Source of the DNA: Squalus acanthias
Taxonomy: Eukaryota
DNA: 64,000 nucleotides
Direction of reading: 5' to 3'
Assembly: GCA_030390025.1 (NCBI GenBank)
Contig: CM059425.1
Location: 68,882,001 to 68,946,000, forward strand
The position numbers were made by a program, and so were the translations under genes. Below, in pieces: positions 48,617 through 61,280 of this stretch; position 1 is the first letter of the stretch; each line of letters opens with the position of its first letter. The notes beneath the pieces were generated by a model that saw only the letters and a list, made by a program, of their open reading frames with translations, made no database searches and had not been told where the DNA came from.

Positions 48617-50712
48617 GATTGCCACTCTCTCTCTGCGTCTCTGTGTCCTCCGATTCTGGTGGTGCAGGACGACGCCCCCAATCAGTGCAGCCCCCACAGT
48701 CTCTTGGCAATCAAAGTTATGAAGGTCAAAAACCAAAGTACCTGCAAAGTTATGATCAGTAGCCAAAACTACCTCACACAGCGTTGACTCAATGCAGAAG
48801 TCTCTCTTTCTCTCTCTCCGAACGAGTGGTGCAAAAATGTCTACCACAGAGAAAGACAGGAAGAGGCCCCCTTTAAATAGCGCCCCCCCATCCCCACAGC
48901 GACTGGGGAGCGTTCCAGTCTTCCGGTCGTTGGTTGCGCCAGGCGGAAAGGATGGGGGCGCCACTCAATTTCCGCTCCGGGGCGCCACAAGGGCGATGCA
49001 CCCTCGTATGACGTCAAGAACTGCGTGCGCAGGAGATCGCGGCGGTAAAGTTTAGCGCCGCCGCAAAATGTCTAGTTAATTTCGCGAGCGGCGCAAACAT
49101 CGCTGCGCCCGGGCGCCAGTTGCTTTGCGCCCCATTAGCGCCCTCTTAAGGCACTAACGGGAGGCGCAACCAACTGAATTTTCCCCCCATTGTCTCTAGT
49201 CTAAATTGCTGAGACCCCAGGATTGGGTCTTAGTTTCATGGCTGTTCTTGATTGACTTTCCTTTGAACATGTGTCTGTCTGCAGTGGCTGGTGCCATTTC
49301 TTGATGAAGTTAGTTGTTTGTTAACACCTTTTAATGGCTCTTGAGTTTCGATGGTGAGTTTCGATGGGTTTTCGATGGGGGTTATCCTGTTATGCAGGTT
49401 TCCTTTGTTGAGTTTCGCTGGGAGATCCATACACATCAAGTTCATCTTTATTACATACATCTTATATTAATAGTCTCGAGTCCATCACTCATCATAAACA
49501 TATATTTTTATTCTTACAAACCCTACGACTGCCCTCCGACATAATTGGCCACATAAGATGTCGGAGGAGGAGGATTCTCTGCCCTACAAGGCTGACAGGA
49601 AATTCCCAGAAATTGCGGTAACCTGTGGCCTATTAAATGAGGCAACCACCAAACAGCAAGAACAGTGTCCACACAAGGTACCTGTCTGCTGTATGCTCAC
49701 AAACTCTCAGGAAGTGGCTGCTGGTCTGGGCACTTGGGTGACAGAGTGAATGAATGATTAAGTAAGGAGGTAAAGAATGAGAGTTCAAGGGATGATGCAG
49801 CAGCAGCAGACCAGGCATTTTAGGCAGACACACATCTTCTCTCATGTTACTTTTTCCAACATATGTCCATTTTTTAAATCTGTTTGCAGGAGAAGATGAC
49901 CCATAACAGGCAGCAGCCATGCATGCAGCTAACTTGCAACCCTTCACTCCTTATAAGGGGAGGGCCCTGGAGATCCTGGGTATAGAGGCAATGGGTGAGG
50001 TTGAAGGCCTCTCCCCAGTTTATAACTGGCATCATCCCTTGATTTCTCATACTTTACCTCCTTACGTAATCATCCATTCACTCTGTCATACATAGGCATA
50101 CACTGCAGCACTGAGGTATAGCATACTAGAATATGTTGCCATGTAAGCTCTTTCTCAAGGAGTGTCACAGCAAACATTGTAAAATCTGTTGTGCTTCTGC
50201 TCCCGTAGGTTCCTAAGAGGAAGAGGTGTCAGAGCCCAATGCTGAGCCTTAACGGAGTGTCTCACAGCACCCTGTACCATCCCCTCCTACAGTGGCAAAC
50301 ACACACATTCATTCTGTGGGGGTCAGTTGCTACATTGCAGGAGGAAGCATTTGGTGAAACACAGAACACGAGTGAAGAGGAGCAATTACATATGCAATTG
50401 GAGGGTCAAGAGCTCCTTCAGTTACTGGACCTAACAGGACGTGCCTACTGACACAGTTTGGTCATTTTAGTCTGCGCTTATGAGTTTGGGATACCTATGG
50501 AGGAGTCCGCACCCCACAATTGTGTAATGCTGCATGACCACCGGACCAAGCTGCAGACCACCTTTGAAAGCATAGCCTCTTCAAAGCCCTTGGCTGAGGT
50601 TCAAAGCTCAAATTTGGCTTCTTTAATAAGTACTTTGACTGGCACACTCGAGACCCTAAGTTCCATTTTGCAATCATTTGTTTTTTCTGCATTCAATATA
50701 TTAACAAACCAG

Positions 50713-51454
50713 GGGGGGAAGAATTCGGTTGCTTTGCGCCTTCTGTTAGCGCCCTCTTAGGGCGCTAATGAGGCGCAAAGCAACTAGCGCCAGGGCGCGG
50801 TGCCGCCAACGCCTCCTGCAAAATTCAGCGGGCGGTTAGCGGTGGCGGTAACCATTAGCGCCCGCAGCGCTGTGCCGTCGGCGATGACATCATCGCCATG
50901 CACAGCGCCCCTCTCACGCCCCGGCCGCGATCTTTGGTAGTGTCCCCTGACTTACTGCCGGACGCTATGTCCAACGGGGTCAGGGGGGCCTACCTGCGGC
51001 CGGGGCGGCGCTAATTAAAGGCGAGGTGCCGGGCAGCCATTTTTGTTGCTGGCCGCCTGCCAGCACCTGCCCCCGTTGCCTTCCCCGGCCCCCGTGAAGC
51101 CCCCCCGTGGGGTGCCGGCTGCGCTCCGTGAGCCCGGCACTTCTCTTGAGTGCCGGGCTCTTTTGCCGGCACTCCGATCCCTGGTGGCCCTGCTGGGCCC
51201 CGGATCGCGCTGCGCAAGGCCCCTCCCCTTTAAGAAGGGGAGGAAGGACTGCAGTACCGCGGCGCGACATGCCGCAGCGCCATTCCCTCGCAGCGCCCCA
51301 AGAGGGAGGCGGGGTGCTTCCAGTAGTGCCCCGCTTATCTCTTGGGGCGCTACTAATGAATTTCGGCCACGGGGGCGCGAATTTTTTCGGGGCTCTAAAA
51401 GTAGCGTCCCAGCGAAGTTAGCACCCAAAGGGGGCGCGACTCAATTTTTCCCCC
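50713..51454. mobile_element. Non-autonomous Harbinger derivative (MITE) related to copies A and B
   Basis: First ~100 bp match 22022-22130. TIRs GGGGGGAAGAATTCGG / CTCAATTTTTCCCCC; probable TSD CAG. Confidence 0.85.
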
Positions 51455-53009
51455 CAGGGCTTTCGTAACCTCACTGGGGCTAGCCCCTTATTTAAATTAA
51501 AACTGGATCCTTAATAAGCCTAACCCAAGGGGATATTTTCTGCTACTGAGCTCCTAGAAGGAAATTGCAAGCTCCCAGCCCGTCATTTTCTGACCAGTAA
51601 AATTAATGGATGGAAAATCACAAGCTGGAGGTGTGCGTCCAGTGTATGTCAGAAGTGCCAAAGTGGAAAATTTCCTCTGTAATTAAACAAAAAAGGAACC
51701 ATATCTGGCCCAACAACTATCACCCTGCAAGGGGTTTCATTTACTGTGTGCACTATGGGTTAATGTTAGCATTAAAATAGTGCAGACAGGAATATAACTT
51801 TAAAAAGAAAACTTGCATTTATATTAGCGTCTTTCACAACCTCAGGATGTCCCAAAGCGCTTTATAGCCAATGAAGTACAATGAATGCAATAACCAGTGC
51901 ACTAAAAATTGTACATATAGGGAATTAAATCTCTTGAAATGCAGATTCACTCATTTGAAAAAATTAAATAAAAAATATAATTGTATCCTCTTATTGTGGA
52001 AAACTGAAATATTATTTTGTCATGGTATGCAGTATTAGCAGTAAAATTAAGATATATGACAGCAAGTTAATTTTATGATGCCACCCCTTTATCAAATTCC
52101 TGTTAATATTTCAAGCAATACCACTCACTCTCCCATCAATAAAGATAGCTTCAAATATAAATAGAACGCAATCTTTATGGCTTAAAACCTATGAGCAACT
52201 CTGTATTCATCCAGTCAATAAGCCAGTGCTGAACCTAAATTGACAGTAGATAATTTAGTAGGCAGCTTAATGACTTCACAGCAATGCTGTAGTGAGAATG
52301 CTGGCCATTGCCACTATATACAATTCACTTAATACACATCTTGCATAGCAAAATGAAAGGTCTTTCACCAGTAAATTTTAATGTAATTAACTAATGAAGC
52401 TTCAATAAATACAGATAAAAGTTTATTTGGCTTTGTTCACATGAACAATGAAAGCCAAATAATGGGACTGATACTACAGACCTGCAAAATGTTGTCCATG
52501 ACGTTCTGGTCATGATACTGAGCTACTTAGATCATGAAGGTCTATATAGGTAAGTCCAGAACTGACAATTCCTGTCCTTTTCCTCAGAATTTAGCCGATA
52601 CCATTGCCAACACTTTATTGTGCATGAAGCTGATCCTCATCTGTCAGTATATAGCCATTTAAATGGTTTGTGTGTAGACAGTGTATAGCTGATGAAGTCT
52701 CTGTCAGTTCTGGGCTTACTAGTAAAGAAAGAAGGAGGATTCTTTCTTTTAAACAATTGTTGGCAAAATGAACATTAATATTCAGGCAAGATTTCTGAAT
52801 TTTTTGGGAGTTTGATTGAGTGGACAGACAAGTGTTCAACTGGAAACCTCATCTGTCCAAAGTGCGAGAGAAATTCAGCTGTGGCACATGTGGCAGTCTC
52901 GTGAGGTCCTGGGGATCAATCAGGTGTGGATGTATTGATGCACCAATCAGTACATTGGTGCAGTCAAGCCATAGACTATGTGACTTGCACTTCTTGTTGG
53001 AAAAGAGAC

Positions 53010-53572
53010 GGGTAGGGGGAGGGGGGGAGGTGGAATTTTAACTCTTCCCGCTTGGCGGGAAAGGATCAGGCGAAAAGTTAAAATGGAGCAGTTCCATTTC
53101 CCCTCCATCCTCACTGATCTCTGATCTTAACGCCGTTGATTTTGGCGGTGGATGAGGCGCCCACTGGACTCGGGCAGAAGCCTCATGCATGAATACTAAT
53201 TGGGGTCCTATGATGTCAATGGGACCTCCACGGCCTTTTAACTGGGGCCTGAGGGGGAGGCAGCCGCGGATTACCCACCAGGCTGAAGCAGGTCGGCAGC
53301 TGGTGGGAAGGACTGAGAGGCCCCCCAAGCGAGAGAAAACATTTCTTTTGTGGGGCCAGGAGAAGCAGCTCCTCGGGTCCCACAAGGAGAGCGCAGTCTC
53401 CAATGCTCCGGACTCTTTCTGCCCCCCCACCCCCGTTCCTGCCCATGTGGGCCGCCCAAAACACCCCTTCTCGCCATTTACCTGCTAGCCAAGGTCCACC
53501 TGTTCTGCCCCTGCTGGCAGCCACTCGGCACCCTCTTCCGGCTCGAAACCCGGTCGGGGTTAAAATCAAGCC
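53010..53572. mobile_element. Degenerate Harbinger-type MITE
   Basis: GC-rich island ending GGGGTTAAAATCAAGCCC, similar to the terminus at 1685-1696. Confidence 0.55.
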
Positions 53573-54654
53573 CAGGGAGTCTGCAAGCTTATTGGTTGCT
53601 CACAGGCTGGCGGTGACTCCTTCCTCATGAATATGGAGAGCTTCAGCATGGGAGCCATGAATTTTAATTGTGCCCCTTCTGCCAGAAGCTGCTGGGTGAG
53701 GATGCCAGCAGAGTTTTATGAGGACCTGCTGATGTGTGTCCTGTGCAACTTACAGAATTTCCTGTGTGTTGTCAAAGGGTTAGCACAGTCAAAGAAAATA
53801 TGGACACATGGCAATTGTGTTGTTTGCTGAACAATTAATAAGTATTCCAAAGTAGCTATTATTCATAGTTAATTTACATTACAGAATACACAATTAAAAA
53901 TACACAGCTAAGTACAAACAAAATTCAGAACAAAGTAACAGTAAAAATGTTAATACGATTAATAAAAAAATTCTCAGGCTGCCCTCATCCACTCATTTGT
54001 GAAATTATGTTTTTTTAATTTTTCTCCCTTGTTGTCCTGATTTTTCTCACCATAAAATTAATTGTATTTGTGAAAATCAACCACTAACACATACCCACAA
54101 CAACAAGCAAGAAAAGAATGATAAATCAAAACAGTGTTAAACAGTTTAAAGTCTTATTGCCAGTCACATTGCTACAACAGAATACGAAGCCACATCAAGA
54201 AAAAACCTGTTTTAAATCTTACAAAAAACAAAATGTCAAACATCATCAAAGAGAATAATGATGCACCAATGAGGCTGCAAATATTTCTGAGAAATCTTTA
54301 TTTGAACTAGTGATGTGTTATTCGGATCTGGATTTGTCCTCTTTTGATCTAATATTTTTATATGCCCTGGGCAACGAACTCCTAACCTAAATCTGCAACA
54401 ACAACAACAAATGTAACAAATGTCCCAAAACACTTCACAAATAGACGAGAGGAAAACTATTTTTCCATCTATGAGTATGATAAATAGAAATGTAGAGAGT
54501 TTGGTAAACAGAAAGGGCCACTACTAAAGGTCGCAGGAGGCATAGATAGGTTAACGGAATGGGTAGAAAGGTGGCAGATGCAATTTAATGTGGACAGGCA
54601 TTAGGTAAGGCATTTATGGAGGAAATCCCAGGAATGGGATCTGCTCCTGAAGTG

Positions 54655-55215
54655 TGCTGGACGCGATATTGACTCAGATGACTTTTAGTCATTCTTAGCC
54701 TGCCTGAAACAGGTGTTAGGCTCCGTAAATATGCAATTCAGGGTCCTATGCCGGTTGTAGGACTCTGGTTGCAAAATTCAGGTACAAATGGGCACCGTGT
54801 ACGCTCTGTCTAGTTGTATCAGGCATTCAGCGGCCCACCCAGAAGTCCTTCAAGAGAGTGCAGAAGGCCGCTCAAAGAAAGGCCCAGGAACTTTTGAGTT
54901 TTTTTTGTGGGCCTAGGAAAGGCAGGAGTGCTCCTCCTGGACCTCCAAAAATCTTCGCCCGCCACTGGTCCATTTCAGGTCGTCCCCAGGATCGCCTACT
55001 CTGCCGCTCCCCCCCACACCATCAACTCAACCTGCAAGCTGGCTCAGCATAGGAGCCGCCAATTTCCCACCATCCCCAACTGGGCTCACTGGCAGCATTT
55101 AAATGAGGCCTGGAACTGAATTTGGCTCCGTCCTCGTGTCGGCACGGACCAGCAGCGAGAGCAGACGCTCCGCTGACTTTGCACCCGTTATGGACGCAAG
55201 TCGAATTTTTCCCCC
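54655..55215. mobile_element. Degenerate Harbinger-type MITE
   Basis: GC-rich island ending GTCGAATTTTTCCCC. Internal motifs are shared with other MITEs here. Confidence 0.55.
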
Positions 55216-56689
55216 ATTACATCCCTTCTGGAATACGGTCCTCCGGATGCTGGAAAACTTCTGGTTTTGTCATCCAAAAGTGTCCATTATTCACATTTGA
55301 GCCTTCTAAGTGTGTGTCGGCAAGTTATTCAATTACAAGGGAATCGCAACCAGCCCATTCACCTCCAGCATGAGTCACTAGATAGCAATCAGAAGCACTG
55401 CTATCTAGTGATCGATATTTTTCCCTCCCTAACTCAGGGGTGCGAAGACCAATTGTAATGACCCTGCAGCTGCCCCAACTGAGATCAACTAACTGAGCAC
55501 CGACCGAGACTAAACTTGGGCTGATCAGTATTGCTCATCTATTCACTGACCATCAGCCATCTTGTCACTTTATAATGAATAATGCTGTTTCAAATCACTA
55601 ACATAATTACATATTGGATTTTTAGCTGGACCTAGACAAACTGAGGAACTAAATTGCATACAATGGATTACTTCATTGCTTCACTATAGATTAATTCAAT
55701 TATTCCATTTTCATAATTTACTTGTTAATTCATGAATTAAATATGAATTGATCTGTTCTTAAAGTAAAGTCATTACAATAACTAGCAACAGTTATTATGA
55801 AAAGTAAATTATGTATTCAATTATCACGTATCACTGTGTGTGTGGGGGCAAAAGTGACAGGGCCCAACACAAAAAAAAGTCAGAATATGTATCAAAAGCT
55901 AATTTACAAAATGTAAATTAATTTAGTTCAGTAGAATTTTTAACAGTAGTACTGAATAATGTTTAACAAAAAGGATTGGCCTTCGCTGTGATATCTCAAG
56001 TTGCAATACCCGCTGACATTGTTTAGAAGGTTTGTAGCCACCATCGAGGCAAAACAGGCAGTTACTTCTAATATTTTGTTGGCCTCCGTTGTCAGGAGGA
56101 CTGAAGGCCAAAAGGTTGCAGGGAAGACTAAAAGTAAGTGCCTAAAAGAACATTTGAATGAAGAAAATTAGAATTATGAATCTTTTGGAAGCTGCAACAT
56201 CAGTTGGTAGATTATTATAATCAAATTCGCTTTGGAAAGACAGAATTATACACTAACATTAGCTTTATTCCTACGAGTTTATTTGTTTTAGCAAATTTTT
56301 CATAATATTCATTGGTTCTAGTTTAAAAAGTGGTTGGGATTTGAGACTGACTCTGGGATCTAGATTAGGGTTATATGACTTGGCCTATTTGCCACAAAAA
56401 TGTATAAAATAGGTGTGTATCCAACAGACCAGAAAAAAATAATTGTGTGATGTGAGCTGGTTTGCACATTAAAAAGCAATCATTTTTTAATTTTTAGAGG
56501 TTTTAACTTCTAAGCCTTGTTACCCAATGATTCCACTTTAAGGAATTAGAATTTCTTTAAAAGATGAAGTTGACCAATTTGCATTCTGAGTACTGAGTGA
56601 TTGAAAGTAAAACTGAAATATGAAGTTAGTGGCAAAGCAACAATTGAAGACCAGATTAGAAGAGATTATTTTCTACTTGCTTTATTCTC

Positions 56690-57195
56690 TCTTAGGCAGG
56701 CAGTCCCTCGGAACCGAGGATGACTTGCTACACATTAAAAATGAGTTCTCAAGTGACTGATGAATCCAATGCGGGACCTACAGTCTCTGTCACAGGTGGG
56801 ACAGACGGTGGTTGAAAAGGCGGGTGGGTGGGGTGCTTGGGTTGATGTGCACTCCTTCCGCTGTTTGTGCTTGGCTTCCACTTGCTCCCGGCGAAGAGAC
56901 TCGAGGTGTTTGGTGCCTTCTCAGATACTTCTCCTCCACTTTGTGCGGTCTTGGGCCAGGGATTCCCAGGTGTCGGTGGGGATGTTGCACTTTTTCAAGG
57001 AGGCTTTGAGGGTGTCCTTGAAGCGTTTCCTCTGCCCACCTGGGGTTCTCTTGCCGTGTCGGAGTTCTGAGTAGAGCGCTTGTTTTGGGAGTCTCATATC
57101 GGGCATGCGGACGATGTGACCCGTCCATCGGAGCTGATCGAGCGTGGTCAAAGCTTCGATGTTGGCCTGAGCGAGAACACTGACGTTGGTGCACC
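56690..57195 (-). mobile_element. RTE-clade LINE 3' fragment
   Basis: QLRWTGHIVRMPDMRLPKQALYSEL..GKRTPGGQRKRFKDTLK..WESLAQDRTKWR is the RTE ORF C-terminus. Confidence 0.9.
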
Positions 57196-60100
57196 TTTAT
57201 TGTGATTATTATGTCATTACTGTAAATACATGTTTGAACATCTTCCTCTGATATGGATCTACATTTATTAATTATCTTGCAGATCAGTATATACATATCT
57301 ATCAATAGTTAATGTTTGATTGTTGCCATCCAGTTTGTACAGTGTACCCACCATGGACTGGAAAAAGAGTCCTAGGCTCTTCTAACATTAACAAATGAGC
57401 TACTCACCAAATTGTGATTTCTTGATCTTGGCTAGGTTGCCACGAGCAACAGCAAGTCGAGTTTTGGTACAGAACCAATGGAAGGGCATTTAAATGGGCC
57501 TGTCCATAATGTACTTACACTGAGGGAGGGGTGTTAACCAAAGTATACAAACATTTTTGTTGAAGCTACAATCTGGATTTACTTTGTGAAGTCTATGGAG
57601 AAATGATTTGTGTACAAAAAACACAAAGGTCTTTCATTGCTTCTAAAAGTGAGTCAGTGACAGTTCCAAAATCACAGCCCTTAAAAATCTCACCACCGTG
57701 GCTTTTCAGACGCACACCCAGGGAGAGAGTGCCACAATAATAAGAAAGCAAGCAACACTCCCTGTAATATATTCAGGATACAAACTATCACCACCGAGGC
57801 TCTCCCTGGCTGCTCTCTCACTGTAACTGAACCATGTTCAATCCACGCTCTGGGACTGACACCAAATCTCCATCCTGCTCTCAATCCACTTCTCATCCAG
57901 GAGGTTCTGGCTGTCTCAAATAAACAAGCTCAGACAACAGATTTGACACTAGTGGCCGGTTCAGATTTTGAGTACCCAATGCAGCAGAAGTCTGTTCAAG
58001 TCTGGGCCTTATGAAAATCGGTTGAGAGTGGACCTGGAATGGAACAGATTAAACCCATGCCAGTTACACAGAGAGCAAGAGAGAGAGATAAAACAGTGGC
58101 CCTAGAGTGGGAGAATCATAGTGGTGTGGGTTTACATATCCTTCTCCACTTTGGTGCATTGTTAACATTGCCTGCTTAATTTTTCGGTCAGTTTGTTATT
58201 GTTTATGACACTCATTCCACTGGTAAGGGTGGCTGTGGTCCAGCACAAATGTGTTGGACACAGGCCTGTGGCTGCAGACCCAACTCCCTGTCGATACCAC
58301 CTGCCTTGATATCATGATTCACAGGGCACTGTACCAAGGAGCAGATTTGAGAGCCAGCAGTGTCTGGGCACCCATGTTGTCACCTTCACAGTCAAATGGC
58401 ATTTGGCTTGGTGCGGCCGCCTACATGTTAAAGCTTGAGCGTGAGTGAGAAATAGGAGCTGTCTGCACCGATAGATAGAGTGAGACCAAATCCAAGAATG
58501 AGCAACGCTGACTGACTCCCTTTTCTCATGGATAGAATGGAGGAGGTAGGAAATAGTCAATGTATATGTATTAGGGAGGGAGGTTCTCAAAAGCATATAA
58601 TTGGAAATGGGGAAGGTCAGGAAATGGGGAATTTTGGAATGCGTATTTTATGGACAGTTTCAGGAGAAATATTGTGTTTCTCTTTTCTCTTTTCCCCAAA
58701 ACCACCCCTCCCCCATCAGCACTGAAGCTCAACAGAACAGCAGGAGTACTTGGAGTGGGTAGGGGCACTCGACAACAATAAAAGCATCCTGCATATAGCC
58801 TGATTGATTAAAATGCTGCAAATGATTTATAACTCCAATTACTACTGAGAATTAGAAATTTACAGAGAATTATTTTCTGATATTTTATTAAACAGCATGG
58901 ATTTTTTAAGGAGAGATAACATAATTTAGAGAGCTGAAAATCACACACAAATGAATCACAACTGAGCATTTTGTGCTTTTTCAGCATGTTTTGAATCATT
59001 GTCTAATATAACTTTCAGAAACCTTAGAATTTCATCCTTATTAACAGCAAGAGTGGGGCCATTTGCTGTTCATTTTGTCACATACGTTGTCTTATAAGAT
59101 GGCCAGCGATCCTAATTTAATTGGGATTGTGATGTTTTAAATTGCCTCTCCTGGTATTCTGACAAACCAATTCAGGACTGTTTTAATTGTGCAATGCTTT
59201 ATATGTCTGTGTGTTATTAACAGAGTTGAATTGGGGCGGGGGGGGGGCATTGGCCTTGCTGGGGCTCTGTGCAAAAGTTCATTTTGCAGCCCCTGCACTA
59301 TACTATACTAGATATTGATACTAAATACTATCTACTTTAGCTAGTGTCAAATCTGTAGTCTGATCTTGGTTTATTTGTCAACTTTTTTAAAATAAAAAAC
59401 AAAGGCAAACAGATGAGCTAAAAGAAAAGAATAAAAATAGAGGTAAAAAGGAAATGACTGACAGCTCGGTCAGCATCTGCCTCTGCAATGCATTTGATTT
59501 AATTTGTAATTCTATGCATTACCCATTATCTTATATTCAACTCTTAAATTTTAGGGACTTCTATTCCGTGCCTCATTCAGCACCTGGGAAGCGCAACTAC
59601 CATTTTCCAGTATCATTTGGACATTACACTTATGGCAAGAAATAAGAATTTTTTTAACAAGCTATAATTAGGAGAGGTATTTGCTCAAGAGTAACCTTTG
59701 GGACAGGAGTGACATCAGAAAAAGGGCCTTCTCTATCCAAAAAGGGAGCTGGACAACAGAATTAAATATAAGAATGTTAAGAGTCAGAGCCTGTATTGTC
59801 TAAGATTGAGAATCAGGCTGGAATGCAGAGTGTGTGGGAAGGAGTTGGACAGAGGATTGTTGAAACCCCAGCAGAATTTTAAACATGATTAAGACAGGAC
59901 GGCTATTGTCAGGAGCAGTCAGTGACTCCTTTATTATGACATACATTGAAAGGCAATGGTTTGTTCAGCGAAAATTCACTAAGGTATGAAAATAATTAGG
60001 CACAAACCTATTTTATTATCAGACAAGATGGGGGCCAATGACTGATTTATTTTTCTCTAAGTAGCACTGTTTATCATTGTTTTGAGATGTGAAAAATTAT

Positions 60101-60689
60101 TGTTTTGATTTGCAAAAATGAATTCATCTCTGAAATCGAGTAGATTAGGGAAAAGGAAACAGTTTGCATCTATTCTCCTGATTTCAAACTCATCTCAAAT
60201 TGTAAACTCCTTGGAATATTACTGGATGAAAATAAAATAATTAATATTTTGATATGTATTTTTAAAATGTTAATGAGATCTGTGCATATTTTATTTTATA
60301 TTTATAAATAAGCACACTGGATCTGCTTGGGGCCCTTAACTGGCTAGGGGCCCTGTGCTATTGCACAGGCTGCATGATCCTAATGCTAAGGAATGCCACA
60401 ACTTTATTTTCACCTAAGCTGCAATAAGAGCTAAAGAATTAAAACTCATTTCAAAAGGTCACACAGCAACAGACATAGCATCTACCACAGCACACGCTAG
60501 CCATTGCTGGTGTTCAATGTGCTTTCACAACAGGTTGTCCTAGGGTGGCCGCTAATTTCAAGTCCCAACTGGACAGGACTAGGCTTAAGATGATTATCAG
60601 CAATCACAAGCAAAAGGTAAACCACAGCAAATGGATAAATGCTTTCAGGCAGCTGAATTTTGATGTCAATAAATTGCATGAGTCACTTA

Positions 60690-61280
60690 CAACAACAACA
60701 ACAACAACAATAGCTTGTATTTATATAGCGCCTTTAACGAAGTAAAACGTCCCAAGGTGCTGCACTGGAGTGTTATCAAACAAAATTTGACATTGAGCCA
60801 TTTAAGGAGATATGAGGATAGATGACCAAAAGATTGATCAAAGAGGTAGGTTTAAGGAGCGTCTTAAAGGAGGAAAGAGAGGTAGAGAGGCGGAAAGGTT
60901 TAGGGAGGGAATTCCAGAGCTTAGGGCCTTAGCACCTGAAGGCACAGTCGCCAATGGTGGAGCGATTAAAATCGGGGATGCTCAAGAGGCTAGAATTGGA
61001 GGAGCGCAGATATCTCAGAGGGAGGAGATTACAGAGCTAGGGAGGGGCAAGGCCATGGAGGGATTTGAAAACAAGGATGAGAACTTTAAAATCGAGGTGT
61101 TGCTTAACCGGGAGCCAATGTAGGTCAGCGAGCATACGGGTGATGGGTGAACGGGACTTGGTGCGAGTTAGGACATGGGCAGCAGAGATTTGGACGACCT
61201 CAAGTTTACGGAGGGTAGAAAATGGGAGGATGGTCAGGAGTGCCTTGGTATCGTCAAGTCTAGAGGTAACAAAGGCATGG
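60690..61280 (-). mobile_element. L2 LINE 3' fragment with (TTG)n tail
   Basis: Reverse complement matches 19725-19992 and extends further 5'. Confidence 0.88.

Larger units (their letters stand above)
45112..49188 (-). mobile_element. Full-length two-gene PIF/Harbinger transposon (copy B)
   Basis: 15-bp TIRs GGGGGAGAAATTCAG / CTGAATTTTCCCCCC and TSD ATT. The empty site (AAGTCCATTGTCTCT) is visible in the other LTR near 42226-42240. Confidence 0.96.
41907..49518 (-). mobile_element. Internally deleted retrovirus-like LTR element (ERV)
   Basis: Ends TGTAAG...CTTACA, 4-bp TSD AACC (41903-41906, 49519-49522), two near-identical LTRs, PR-RT-IN order, and a purine tract next to the 3' LTR. Confidence 0.92.
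44874..49518 (-). repeat. 5' LTR, split by a Harbinger (pieces 44874-45111 and 49189-49518), missing its last ~90 bp
   Basis: Direct match to the 3' LTR on both sides of the insertion. Joins pol directly, with no PBS or gag. Confidence 0.9.

Noticed and set aside
47537-48964. Domesticated host gene HARBI1, or a 475-aa protein
   Set aside because: It is flanked by TIRs and a TSD with a Myb partner, so it is a transposon gene. The N-terminal extension starts at a non-ATG codon and is not open in copy A.
50980-51468. Overlapping ORFs on both strands, or a host CpG-island promoter
   Set aside because: Explained by the GC-rich, stop-poor MITE interior.
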